A stretch of DNA of 63,730 nt, the filler included, from Reclinomonas americana ATCC 50394 (lineage: Eukaryota), in the NCBI GenBank assembly GCA_048213135.1. It is 4 parts of one record of this genome, joined end to end, with 100 filler letters (N's around TTAATTAATTAA, not from the genome) between each part and the next. Parts side by side here need not be neighbours in the genome. Positions count along the whole stretch, not along the records: positions 1 to 24,426 come from PS015028.1; 3 more parts are not named here. One strand, 5' to 3'. The notes under the pieces are model-generated. The model was not told where the DNA came from. It saw only the letters and a program-made list of their open reading frames with translations, and did no database searches. The position numbers were made by a program, and so were the translations under genes. This document shows positions 1 to 12,800 of this stretch, in pieces; within the stretch, counting starts at the first letter, position 1, and every line of letters starts with the position of its first letter.

Positions 1-122
1 GGGGGAAGAGCATGGGGGAAGAGCATGGGGGAAGAGCATGGGGGAAGAGCATGGGGGAAGAGCATGGGCGGAAGAGCATGGGGGGAAGACATGGGGGGAG
101 AGCATGGGGGGAGAGCATGGGG
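1..122. repeat. Intronic 13-bp tandem repeat (GGGGGAAGAGCAT)n, followed by (GA)n
   Basis: About 9 degenerate copies are directly visible. The same unit recurs at 3126-3161. Confidence 0.9.
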
Positions 123-174
123 GAGAGAGAGAGAGAAGAGAGAGAGAGAAGAGAGAGAGAGAGAGATACGCAAC

Positions 175-1143
175 AATCAACAACGGCGTCATTCCACCAG
201 ACTCGGTCGACGCCACCGTCTCCGGCTCCGCGCCCAGCTCCAACAACACACGACACGCATGCAGATTGTTACGCGACGCAGCCGCAAACAAACTGTGCCG
301 ATCCACATGATCAACAAGAGAGAAAGCATAATCCCAACAAAGAGAAACAGAACCGAACCTCGTCTGCCCGCGCGCATTCGCCGCATTCACATTCGCGCGT
401 GCGTCACGCACCAGATACTCAATAACACACACCCAACCAGCAATCGCCGCCTGACTCGTAATGAGAAAGAAGAAGAAGAAACGCAACAAATGCAATCAAT
501 CACTCAACCTGCATCAGCGGAAACAATCCATCACTCAATCGCTTGGCATTGGGGTCCGCGCCACCCACACACAACGCCCGCACAGTCGCCAATGCCACCA
601 TCTCACTCTGCCCATCATCATCATCCACACGATTACTGCGCACACGCGCATGCGAGTGTGTGTGAGAAGTCGCTCGCCATGTTGTCCACTTTTTCGCTGC
701 ACTCACCCGCCACCGCGCGCCGCACTCAGCGACGCCTTGCGCGCATTACCCGCGCCTAATGCCACCAAAAGCGGCGTGTTTCCCATGGCCAGCGGCGACA
801 CCACACTCGGCGCATTCCCGCCCACATTCAACCGCGGAACCAACGGAGGTGCACCCGTGGTCGCAAATGAGACCACTGCCGAGGCCGCTGGAGGCGCTCC
901 GTCGCGGTAGTCGGCGTTGGCGCCCTCGCGGATCAGACGCGAGCAGGCCTCGGCGTCGAGTAACCTGCGCGCGTGCGAGTCGAAAGTGTGAGTCGAAAGT
1001 GAGCGTGTGTGTGAAGAGGAGCAGCCATACCTGGCGGCCTCAACGAGTTCCTTGCTGAGTGACTCTTGTCGCACGGTCATGAGCTGCAGGTGTGTGGAGG
1101 CGCGGCGTTGCCGCTCGCGTGGCGACGTACTGAGGTCCGCCAT
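175..1143 (-). CDS. Ankyrin-repeat protein, N-terminal exons (probably same gene as 2492-3020 and 3182-3947)
   Basis: Exons encode MADLSTSPR..., LIREGANADY, GNTPLLVAL, GADPNAKR, NVNAANARGQT and LFAAASRNNLHACRVLLELGA...GMTPLLI, all ankyrin consensus. Confidence 0.8.
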
Positions 1144-2491
1144 TGTGCGCCCCAACACACATGCAACCCGATTTCGATTCCACCGCTCCACTGCGATCAA
1201 CCGGGCAGCGTGTGTATTTTTGGCGCCGCGTCGATGTCGACTCGACTTGATTTCACTTTGATCGTCAATTGCAAGTGAGCGCGGGCTGCTTGCTTTCACG
1301 GCAAAAGTAAATGTTGTTCGACGTGGATGATACGCCGAGCGTGTTTGAGCCGCGACGGGCGGCGGCGCCACCTCCGCCAACACCTGTGAGGACGTGCGTG
1401 AGGGAGAGAGAGAGAAAGAGAAAGACACGCACCTTACACAACACACACACCTGCACACACACGCTGAGCTCGAGAGAGACAACTAATCTTTCGTCTTGTG
1501 TAGAACTCGCGTATCGGCGATTCAAGTGGGTGGCGAGGTGCGCGCTGTGGTGTACAGTGCGTGCGGATCACTGCGGGTGCGTTGTGTTGTNNNNNNNNNN
1601 NNNNNNNNNNNNNNNNNNNNNNNNNNNNNNNNNNNNNNNNNNNNNNNNNNNNNNNNNNNNNNNNNNNNNNNNNNNNNNNNNNNNNNNNNNNNNNNNNNNN
1701 NNNNNNNNNNNNNNNNNNNNNNNNNNNNNNNNNNNNNNNNNNNNNNNNNNNNNNNNNNNNNNNNNNNNNNNNNNNNNNNNNNNNNNNNNNNNNNNNNNNN
1801 NNNNNNNNNNNNNNNNNNNNNNNNNNNNNNNNNNNNNNNNNNNNNNNNNNNNNNNNNNNNNNNNNNNNNNNNNNNNNNNNNNNNNNNNNNNNNNNNNNNN
1901 NNNNNNNNNNNNNNNNNNNNNNNNNNNNNNNNNNNNNNNNNNNNNNNNNNNNNNNNNNNNNNNNNNNNNNNNNNNNNNNNNNNNNNNNNNNNNNNNNNNN
2001 NNNNNNNNNNNNNNNNNNNNNNNNNNNNNNNNNNNNNNNNNNNNNNNNNNNNNNNNNNNNNNNNNNNNNNNNNNNNNNNNNNNNNNNNNNNNNNNNNNNN
2101 NNNNNNNNNNNNNNNNNNNNNNNNNNNNNNNNNNNNNNNNNNNNNNNNNNNNNNNNNNNNNNNNNNNNNNNNNNNNNNNNNNNNNNNNNNNNNNNNNNNN
2201 NNNNNNNNNNNNNNNNNNNNNNNNNNNNNNNNNNNNNNNNNNNNNNNNNNNNNNNNNNNNNNNNNNNNNNNNNNNNNNNNNNNNNNNNNNNNNNNNNNNN
2301 NNNNNNNNNNNNNNNNNNNNNNNNNNNNNNNNNNNNNNNNNNNNNNNNNNNNNNNNNNNNNNNNNNNNNNNNNNNNNNNNNNNNNNNNNNNNNNNNNNNN
2401 NNNNNNNNNNNNNNNNNNNNNNNNNNNNNNNNNNNNNNNNNNNNNNNNNNNNNNNNNNNNNNNNNNNNNNNNNNNNNNNNNNNNNNNNNNN

Positions 2492-3020
2492 CCGGCCATC
2501 ACCATGGAGGAGATGGACGGGGAACGACCGAGTGCTCCACCCAATGTTGTCGTCTGCTTGGGCGTGTACAACACGTTGCGATGGAGCGTCTCGCCCGTGC
2601 CGGCCTGTAACCGCGCCGCCAGCGACAGGTAATTCTTCGAGGCGGCAATCTGCGCCGCCGTCATGCCGCGCTTGTTGGTCATTTTCCAGTCGGCCCCGGC
2701 CTCCAGCAACAATCGACAGACCTACAAAAAAACACCATTGCGGTGAGCGAAGCGACGTGAAGAAGTTGTGTGGCGAAAAGGGGGGAGCGGACCTCGACGA
2801 GATTCTTGCGCGCGGCCGCCATCAGCGGAGTGGTACGATCGTGAGTACGCGCTTGATTGACATTGGCACCGGCCGCAATCAACAGCTGCACTTGATACTC
2901 CAAATTCTGCTCCACCGACCACAACAGCGCAAACTCGCCGCGCGAGTCCATGCGATCCACACCAGCGTTTGGGAGATGAGACAGCACCTCCACCACTTCT
3001 GTGTTGCCAAGCTTGGCGGC
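2492..3020 (-). CDS. Ankyrin-repeat protein, middle exons
   Basis: AAKLGNTEVVEVLS...LLIAAGANVNQARTHDRTTPLMAAARKN...LLEAGADWKMTNKRGMTAAQIAA. This continues GMTPLLI| from the 175 exon in frame. Confidence 0.85.
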
Positions 3021-3181
3021 CTGTGGGTGGAAGGGGATTAGAGGAGAGAAGGGGAGGGAGGAGAAGGGAGAAGGGGAGGGAGGAGAAGGGAGAATGGGGA
3101 AGGAGAAGGGGGAAGGGGAAGGGGAAGGGGGAAGAGCATGGGGGAAGAGGGAAGAGCATGGNNNNNNNNNNNNNNNNNNNN

Positions 3182-3947
3182 CTCGCCGTCCACCACCTCG
3201 TCGGTGACCTCGGCACACTCGCTGATGCCGTCGTCGGCGCCCTCGTCGGCTGCGGTGACGCCGCGTGGCGCGGCGGCGCACACCCCACCGGGAGGCACTC
3301 CTGCGCTGCGTGGACCTCGCGCCGGCGGTGCAGCAGCGGGCTCCACCCCGCCTCCGCCGACGACAGACGTTGTGGCGGCGGCGGCGGCAGCCGATGCAGC
3401 GCGCTCAGGAGGGGAGGGCGGCACCACCACCACCACCTCCACCACCAACACCACGGCAACGAGTGCGGTCGCAAATGGCAGATACTCCACCGCACGTAAT
3501 TCACTCAGTGCTGGCGCAGCGATGGCCACCGCCAATGGCGATGATCAGCACGGCGGCGACCGGGTGGGCATGGTTCTCAAACGCGGCGGCTTTTTCGGGC
3601 GCAGCTGGCAGGAACGGCGGCTGGTGCTGGACTCCAGCGGACGCACCCTGTCGTACTTTAAGAATAAGAAGAAGCAGGCACAGGGCGTCATGTCGCTGGA
3701 GGGCATCAAGGTGCAGGAGGGCGAGGTGGTGTCGAAGAGTCGCGACACTCTCTACACGTGGATCGTACGACCACAAGCTTGTTGCGTCTCGCTTGTCGTG
3801 TTTTTTCTCGCGTGGCGTCCTCTCGCCCACCTCACTTCTTCTCTGCACGCAGCAACAACAAACAAGACGGAATACCTTTTTGCGTGCGCGTCAAGAGAAG
3901 AACGCGCAGAGTGGCTAAGAGCACTTGGCGGCGAGGCACCCACATGA
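3182..3947 (+). CDS. PH-domain C-terminal exons (likely the end of the ankyrin-PH protein)
   Basis: GMVLKRGGFFGRSWQERRLVL...LSYFK...QGVMSL...YLFACASREERAEWLRAL* is a canonical PH domain. Intron at 3781-3852. Confidence 0.85.
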
Positions 3948-3983
3948 TAAATACATAATGACAAGGGTGCATAGTTTTATGTG

Positions 3984-5729
3984 TCATGCATTGGTGCATT
4001 GCATGCGATACGCGGTGAGCCGGCCCTCAGTGTCGCCCACCAGCAACCGGCTGCCGTCGGCGGTTGCGAGGAGAACATTGACCGGCGCCTGCAGTTCCAC
4101 CACTTGCCGTGGCGCGACAGCCGTTCGCACCAGAGGTGGCGATAGAGCGCTACCACTGCCACTGCCACTGCCGCCGCTGTCACCCTCTGCATCCTCGTCG
4201 TCGTCGGCATCGACGGCAGCGGCTCGTGCCGCCGCAGTCAGATCGTTGAAGCGCCACACGCGCATTACATTGTCGGTTCCCGCCGTCACCACATATCTCT
4301 CGCGTGGCACAAACGGCGCGCCCGCTCCCTGTACGCGCATGTCAGCAAGAAGGGAAGGTACATGTATAAGGTATTGACACGAGGTCACCTTGCCCTTTTT
4401 TCCTTTCCCCTTTTTAGGTGGTGGAGCGGCGGCAGCACTCTCTCCCTCTGGCGTCGGTAGCACAACTTGCAGTACGGCTCTGCACTGACGTGTGAGCTCT
4501 CTCAGGGTCATGCCAGTGCGGACAAGTGCACGCAACAGTTGGCCAATCGACTTGCCGACTTTGTGCGCGCCCTCACGCTCAATCACCGGCAAGAATGGAG
4601 GGCGCAGCGGGAGCACATACAACGATCCACTGGCGGCGCCAGCAAGTGCATACCCGCCGTCTGGAGTGGTAATCGTCGAGTGCACCAGTGGTGGGTTGAG
4701 GAATCCGCCGCTGCGCAGCGCGTGAGCCAAGCATACACACTTTCGTTGACTGGCGACGAGGAGCACGCAACTCGCCCGTGGCAGCGTGCTCCATGAGCGA
4801 AAACGAATGCAGCATCCGCGGTCTTGTGAAGTCCCACAAACACACCGAGCCGTCCAGGGAGCCCGTGATCGCTGCGCAGACAGACGCATCAGTGGCCATG
4901 CAGCGCACAAACCCCCAACAAGGTCACACACCTTCCTTTGGTCGTCGCGGTCGAAATACAGCCGCCGTACACATCTGCCCCACATGAGACACACTGTCAC
5001 AAACAGCTGCGCAAGTATGAGCACGCCCACCTGCGAGTGCTGTCGCAATGCAGCGCGTCGCTGAAACCGTCGAGGCTCCAGTACAAACGCTCGTCCGGTA
5101 TCATCGGCCAGCAACACAAATCCCTCCTTTTCATGCACGTCCAGCTGCGCCCGCACCAACAGCTCAGCTCAGCACAACCTTTCCGCACTGGCACGAGAGC
5201 AGCATAGAAGCTCACTGTGTTGATGTCATCCTCAGTCTCGTACACACATCGCGGCTCCTCTCCGCCCGGCATCTCCACTCGCCACAGCTGCCTCGGAACA
5301 TCATCAACACACGAGCATGCACAGACAAGGAAAGAGAGACAATGACCTTGTTCCCGCACGCAGCCACCACCACATTCTCTTGCGCAGTCAGCAGAAACGC
5401 ACAGGCAGCGATCTTGCATGACGACAAGTCAACAATAATGCATTGAGAGGCAGTGAGTGAGTGAGCTTGCACGCGCGCGCAACTGGTGTCGCAGGTGGAT
5501 CTGCAATGACAACACGATGCAGCAGCTCGCCCGTGGCACTCTCCCACACACTCACACTGCCGTCCTCACTGATCGCAACACACATCAGTCACGCCTTCAC
5601 ATAGACACAAAGAGAGGCATACACGCACCATCCAGTCACCCAACGCCGTCCCGACGCCGACTCACTCACACTCCACACTGCATCACTGTGCTGCGCAATG
5701 ACAGGCGCACTCTCATCGCCGCACAGCAT
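3984..5729 (-). CDS. WD40-repeat protein
   Basis: HSDAVWS|VAISEDGSVSVWE, ITGSLDGSVCLWD, TPDGGYALAGAASGSLYV, VVTAGTDNVMRVWR and LLVGDTEG across several short GT-AG introns. Start codon uncertain. Confidence 0.8.
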
Positions 5730-5767
5730 CGCACAAGACAGCAGGACACACTTCACTCCTCTGTCAC

Positions 5768-6522
5768 ATGCTGTTCTGTGCGCGTCGACTGCTGCTCTCC
5801 TCGTCACTGTGCAGACCACTGCTGCGAGCACGATGGGCGTCCACTGAACCCGGTCGCTTCATCAGCGACGATGGACAAGAGGAGAACGTTGATGATGACA
5901 ATGATGAGGAGGAAGACGAGGCAAGAGGAGGTGTGGTCGCCTCTGAGCGCTTCCGTCGACTGGAGCGCTCGACGCAGGCGTATCGGCGACGAGTGAGTCA
6001 GCAGTCGGAGGGCGCACAGGCAGCGTCGGCTGCGCGCACGTTGCGGCAGGCGCGAATGAGCAGTGTGTTGCATCGCGAGGTCAGTCTCTCGCTGTGTGTG
6101 AGAGAGAGTTGATCGCGTGCTTATGTGTGTGGGTAGATTCAAGAGGTGCTGGCGCGAGCGGCGTATCATCAGGGCGGGTCGGCGGCACCGCGCAACGCGG
6201 CGGCGATTCATGTGGTGTCGGTCGCGATTACTCGCGATCTGCGCGATGCCACTGTGTACTGGAGTCCGCGATCGTCGCTGCAGCAGCAGCAGGAGCAGGA
6301 GAAGGAGCAGTCGTTGGTGTCGTCAACGCCGGCGGTGCGCGATGAACGCGAGTATCACGAGTATTTGCGCAAGGCGGCGGGCTATGTGCGGGGCAAGTTG
6401 GCGGAGAGACTGCGGCATGCGTACACGGTGCCGAGGGTGCGTTTCGAGCGGGATCAGGCCTCGGATGGTGTGGCCCGCGTGCATGAGCTGCTCGATCGTG
6501 TGTCGCAGGAGACGGCGGCGGT
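5768..6522 (+). CDS. RBFA: Mitochondrial ribosome-binding factor A (RbfA), 3' end in gap
   Basis: Arg/Leu/Ser-rich presequence (MLFCARRLLLSSSLCRPLLRARWAST), then RQARMSSVLHRE|IQEVL, VVSVAITRDLRDATVYWS and YLRKAAGYVRGKLAERLRHAYTVPRVRFERD, which match RbfA family motifs. Confidence 0.8.
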
Positions 6523-7402
6523 NNNNNNNNNNNNNNNNNNNNNNNNNNNNNNNNNNNNNNNNNNNNNNNNNNNNNNNNNNNNNNNNNNNNNNNNNNNNNN
6601 NNNNNNNNNNNNNNNNNNNNNNNNNNNNNNNNNNNNNNNNNNNNNNNNNNNNNNNNNNNNNNNNNNNNNNNNNNNNNNNNNNNNNNNNNNNNNNNNNNNN
6701 NNNNNNNNNNNNNNNNNNNNNNNNNNNNNNNNNNNNNNNNNNNNNNNNNNNNNNNNNNNNNNNNNNNNNNNNNNNNNNNNNNNNNNNNNNNNNNNNNNNN
6801 NNNNNNNNNNNNNNNNNNNNNNNNNNNNNNNNNNNNNNNNNNNNNNNNNNNNNNNNNNNNNNNNNNNNNNNNNNNNNNNNNNNNNNNNNNNNNNNNNNNN
6901 NNNNNNNNNNNNNNNNNNNNNNNNNNNNNNNNNNNNNNNNNNNNNNNNNNNNNNNNNNNNNNNNNNNNNNNNNNNNNNNNNNNNNNNNNNNNNNNNNNNN
7001 NNNNNNNNNNNNNNNNNNNNNNNNNNNNNNNNNNNNNNNNNNNNNNNNNNNNNNNNNNNNNNNNNNNNNNNNNNNNNNNNNNNNNNNNNNNNNNNNNNNN
7101 NNNNNNNNNNNNNNNNNNNNNNNNNNNNNNNNNNNNNNNNNNNNNNNNNNNNNNNNNNNNNNNNNNNNNNNNNNNNNNNNNNNNNNNNNNNNNNNNNNNN
7201 NNNNNNNNNNNNNNNNNNNGGCGCACGATGCCAGCGATGCAGACACAAGGCACTCAAAATGAACATGGATTCGCTGTTAGAAAGAGACGGATGTAGCTCA
7301 AGAGCGGCACGGTTTCCTCGTACACTTTTAACCCATTACACAAGTCCGCAGAACAAACCCAAGTGTTCCGCAATTCTCTCCCCCTCCTTTTTTCCTCCCT
7401 CG

Positions 7403-9677
7403 TCATGCTGATGGGCACGAGGCGCACGAGCACGCAGCTGCAGCTGCGGCTGCTGCTGCTGATGGCGACGCCGATGCCGACATGGTCGACGGAGACGCCG
7501 ACACACCGCCAGCCGCGGAACCGGAGCCGGCTGCCACCGACTTGGCGCGGCACGGCACCGAAATGGCCAGCGCGTTGAGATCGGGACGCTGATCCCGTCG
7601 CACGCTGGCCACCCCGGCCACCGCGCCAATTCCCATGCCAAACATGTCTCCGTGCTGCGCCGCATCGTGACTGGCAAAGCGCGCCGACACCACTCCAATG
7701 TGGGCATTATCGGTGNNNNNNNNNNNNNNNNNNNNCCCCACACCACAGCGTCGTGTGTCGGCAACAGTGAGTAAATCGGTCGCATCGATGGCCGCGCAAA
7801 TGCATCCAACGCAGGCTCACTGGAAGATGAGGGGTGGGGGGTGGGGGGGAGGAGTGAGCATCATCGATCGACACAGCGCGTTGAGAATGGTAGCGGGAGC
7901 GCAACTTGGCTGTCAGTGACCACCGACTCAACCCGCCCGCCACATCACCGGCAAACGCCACCGTGCCCGACGGCGCAATGCGCACACTCTCCACGGAGAA
8001 CGAGTGCACCTCGTGCCGACCCAGCACACTGCGCGAACAGGGCAGATATCAGTCACTGTTTGCTTCGTGTGCCACGCGCATGTCCACCACCCACTCACCG
8101 ATGCATGAGACGTGCGTCGTAGAACGAGACAAGACCATCGTTGCCGCCGGTGATCAGCGTGTTGTCGTGCGCATCCATGCTGATGACACGCTGCGACATG
8201 GCACGCACGACATTCACAAAGCGACCAGTGCGGTTGTCAAACACGCGAATCTTGCCGTCGAATCTGTGGCCACGATGCAGAAAAGAAAAGTGAGACCACT
8301 GCCATCATCATCATGCATAAAGGTTGCCAATCATCACGCACCCTCCGCACGCCAACCAGCCGTGCTGCTGAATGGCGGCCAACGAGTATAGTGGCTCCTG
8401 GCTGTTTGGTCTGACTACGGACACCGCCTGGCCCGTGGCGGCGTCGAGTGTGACCAGATTGGCGGAGTTGCACGCCAAGTTCAGCCGATGCAGGGTGCCG
8501 TCAAACACAAAATCGTTGATGCCCTCTCTGCACGACAGAATGAAGAGTTCTTCTTTCAGCCTCACACCTCATTGACGTGATACACACGCGCGCGCATGCA
8601 CACGCAACTGGTCAATCATCAGCGATAGTGGCTTCTGACCCAGAGACCACACGCCCAGCGACCCATCCCTCGACGACGACAGCAACCGACCCTTGGTCCA
8701 CCGCATCCGTGTGACACTGGCCGTATGCAGCGCCACCACCGAGTTCACCGGCGTCCCCGACGCCACATGCGCCACCGTGACGCGTCCATCCGAGAAACCG
8801 CACGACGCCAGCATGGTCGCCAGTGGTGACTGATCGCCACTGCCGGCCTCGCACACTGCCGTGCACGCCGCGTCATCGTTCACANNNNNNNNNNNNNNNN
8901 NNNNGAATGTGTCGACAGTCACATACCGTTGTACGCGGTCAATGAGCCCATGCGCTCGCGCATACGTTCTCCTCAACGCCGTGGCACTGGCCCCATCCAA
9001 CAACGCCGCCGATGACAAGCCCATGGAGAGCGTGGGTGCAGCCACATCACGATTCTATGTCCAATGCGGAGATCAGTACAATATACCACTAACCGCACAT
9101 CGACTTGTGCACACCCACACACACAAAGGAACGGTGAAGGTCAGACACACATCATAGAATCTCACAAACGAAACACACACACGGCGACAGGTGTAGCACA
9201 CGCGCAGCAGACGAGTTCAACATATGACGTGCGTGCGACAGGCGAGTGCGAGAAGAAGGGGGTGGGTGGGGGTCGAAAATCGCGCGATGTCGACTGCTAC
9301 ACCATGCCCCACCACAGAACCCACGCACGCTCACTCACCGCAGGCACAAAGTCTCGTCGCAACAAGCGCTTCCACAGTACATGCACGCTGTTGTGCGCAT
9401 GCTGCTGCTGCTGCTGCACGTCCTCGGTTTGGTCAGTGTCGACGACATGGCCGCTGTTGCTCCCACCCGCAGCGTCTTCTTCTTCTTCCACAGGAGGTCT
9501 TGGTCTGCCCACTGCTGCTGCGATCGATGGCATTCCCAGCGCTCGCACTGAGCGGCACGTGCTCAGCATCGCCAGCACATCCGGCAGCGACAGGTAGCAC
9601 AGCACGTCCATGATGGTTTCCCGCGGAAGTGACAAGAAGCCGACCTCTGCGACCCTCCTCTCGTGAGACGACTGCAT
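7403..9677 (-). CDS. F-box/WD40-repeat protein
   Basis: N-terminal F-box (FLSLPRETIMDVLCYLSLPDVLAMLSTCRSVRAL) followed by WD repeats (LASCGFSDGRVTV, LLSSSRDGSLGVWS, FAGDVAGGLSRWS). Small N gaps inside. Confidence 0.8.
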
Positions 9678-9836
9678 GACTCGGTCACTTCTCACACAGT
9701 CAACAAGACGACTCCAATGGGGGCCGGAGTGTGTGGGAGGACAGTGGACATTCGGAGCAAACGGGATTTCCCGCGCCTTTCCACAAAACGGTCAGCGCGC
9801 GCGAGTTTTTCTTTGTGGTGTTTGACGAGAGACGCC

Positions 9837-12800
9837 ATGTCGTCTCCGCGCCGCTCGGGAGGGGGTGGAACACCACCACCATCACCACCACCTCCACTGC
9901 CCCATGCGGTGCCTCCACTGTCGTTGCCGTCGCCGAGTGAGAGCACTGAGCAGCAGGTGAGTGGGCAAAGGCATCATCAATGCACAGCAGTATGTTCAGA
10001 CTTACGCACACTCTCTCTCTCTCACACTCGCACACACGTCCACGCATCAGTCGCCCATCGCACCAGCGCAACGAGTGCTGTCGGCGGGCAACAGTCCACG
10101 CGAGGGCGCGCTCGGTGTGCCTCTGTCGGCTCGTGCACGTCCCAGCGCGCTGCGTAATCCACTGGTGAACAGAGCAGCGACGCCACCGACAACACAACAG
10201 CAGCAGCCGCAGCAGCAGCAGCATGCGTATGGTGCGGAACGAGTGGGCAGCAGTCGGGGTGGTGACAGCACAGCGCTCTTGGTGCCACCACCGCTGCCGC
10301 CACAACCACCACTCGCGTTGGCGCCAAGTTCACTCTTGTCGCCCATGACTGCTGGCGGAAGCGGGCGGTCAGTGTCGTTTCGGCGCAGTGCACGTCACAT
10401 GCCCACCAGTGGCGGGGGCGGCAGCGGCAGCGGCGGCGGCGGGAATGCGCTGCTCACCACCGGTGTGCCCGCCATTGTGCTCCTGCCTGAAGACACTGCG
10501 CCGCATCCGCTCTCGCCGGCCCTCGCCAGCCCCGTCGCAGCGGCGTCTCCTGCCACCGACACACCTGCGGCGTTGCGTCACTTTTCGCAGCCGCCGATGG
10601 ACCGCGTCGCAGTGAGTGCACTGCCCATGTTGGGTGGCTTTATGACGCCAGAGGGAGGAGCGAGAAACCCGATGCAACCGCGCCCCTCCATCACCTCATG
10701 CACCTCTGGCGACGTGTCTATCATCTCTGCTATCGACTCGAGTGAGGTACGCTGGCGTGCGCGATTGTCGGTCGATCTGTGTCACACGTGATTGACGTAG
10801 AACACACGCAGGCCGGCAGCGACGCAGAATTCGCCAGGGCCATGGACTCGCGGGCTCTGGGATGCCTCGGCCCAGAGAACGGCTTGCGTCTGTTCTTGGC
10901 CGACGTCATGCGCAACAAATATCCTTCATTTTTGCTCTTTCGCTTCTGTGTTGATTGGCCTCCTTGTGTGTGTGTCCTTGACTCCTACGTGCTGCTGCCA
11001 TTACGTGGTTCGACAGGACGATCATGATTGTGATTCTGCTCAACTGCGTGTTCCTGGCCATGGACAGCCCCTCAAGCTCTCCCCAAGACACGTCGTCGTT
11101 GCGTCGCAGTGGTCTAGTGCACGTCATTGACTGTTGGTGTGAAAACCAACACTGGTGGATGCAGAGCGATTTCGCGAATCTCGGAGCTCGTATTCAACTC
11201 CATCTTCACTGTGGAGATGCTCATCAAGGTCTCTCTCCCACTCCTTCTCTCTTCCTTTCTGCGTGCTGAGTTTGCGATGATTAGGTGTCGGTTCTCGGAT
11301 TTGTGGCACACCCTGGCGCGTATCTGCGAAACGGGTGGAACATTATGGACTTTTCCATTGTGGCGGTGGGCTGGATTGGCCAGCTGCCGGGCATTGGGTC
11401 GTTCACCGTGTTGCGCACACTTCGTGTACTGCGCCCACTGCGCACCATTACCACCATTCCAGGTGCACGATGATGTGTGCCCACGTTTTTTTGGGGTATC
11501 GTCGCAGTCCTCTCACGCTCTCTTTGTCATTGGCATTGCAGGGCTGAAAGTGATTGTGTCCTCCATCCTGCTATCGCTGCCTCGACTCGTCCACGTGCTT
11601 GGACTTGCGTGCCTGTTCTTCGTCATCTTTGGCACGCTGGCCGTGCAGTTGTGGAAGGGCATGCTGCAGTACCGATGCGTGGATGCGAATGGTGCGTCCC
11701 TGGCGCCTATTCTGGTATTCTCCCTTCCGCGTGGTGGTGCACCACAGCTCACAACGCATGCTCTTTACGCACAGGCAACCTGTTCGGAGTCGATCAACTG
11801 TGCAGCGTGGACGGCACCGGCTACGCGTGTCCCAGTGGCTACTCGTGCATCTCGGTCGGAATCGCACCGAACTCAGGATACACCAATTTCGACAACCTCG
11901 GCTGGGCCGTGCTGACCATCTTCCAGTGCATCACTCTCGAGGGCTGGTCCAACGTGATGTATGACGTTGCGTTGGCAAGCAAAACCGCAGTGGCACATTG
12001 TGTTACGAACTCACGTCGTATCTTAACGGGCGCAGACGCAAGACGCCTGGAATCCATACGCCTGCATCTATTTCATCGTGGTCGTGGTGTTTGGCGCATT
12101 CTTCATCCTCAACTTGGCTCTGGCTGTCATCAACGACAGGTTCCTGCGCAATCAGACGCGAATCGACGAGAAGCAGAAACGGCTGCGGATGAAGTTCGTC
12201 CATACAGATGATACATTAGTTCTTTTTGCACATGTCCCTGCGATGTGCTGACTGGTCTGACTGCGTACCACCACAGCACCCTCTACAATCGGCATCGCAG
12301 TGCGGCGCATTCGCGTTCGCACATGATGGGCTCGCAGCACAGTTTCATGGCCCGGGAGGCCAGCAATGCGAGTCAGATGCACAGCGCGCGCCGAGGGTTC
12401 GTTGTGAGCGCAACTCGTACTCTGGTTGCTTTGTATCGCATCACTTACATTTCACATAGGAGCGAGATGAGCGTGGCGTCGGACGCCACAGGGTGCGGAT
12501 GCATGTCGTTGTTGTCACGCCTTCTGCAACCTGTTAATCATTGATGCGTCGTGCGCAGCATTCCCGGTTTTGTCATTCACAAGATCAGTCTGCGTGATCT
12601 CGACGCCAGCAGGAATAACCTTCTCGGTGACAACGCACAAGGCGACAGCGGGCGCAACAATGGTGGTGCCAGAGGAGAATTTGATCGTGGTCGACGACCC
12701 CGTAACTGTGTTGTGCGCATCTACGACAAGACTGCAGAGTTCATCTCGGCATGCATTGGTCGTGTGCGTACATCCATCCACACCTTGTCGTTCGCCCTTG

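Noticed and set aside
1311-3041. Long ORFs in the supplied track that span N runs, and many overlapping antisense ORFs
   Set aside because: Artefacts of N translation, high GC and intron read-through; not genes.
9767-9775. TTTCCCGCG E2F-like site between the F-box and Cav starts
   Set aside because: A single short match in GC-rich DNA; not distinguishable from chance.
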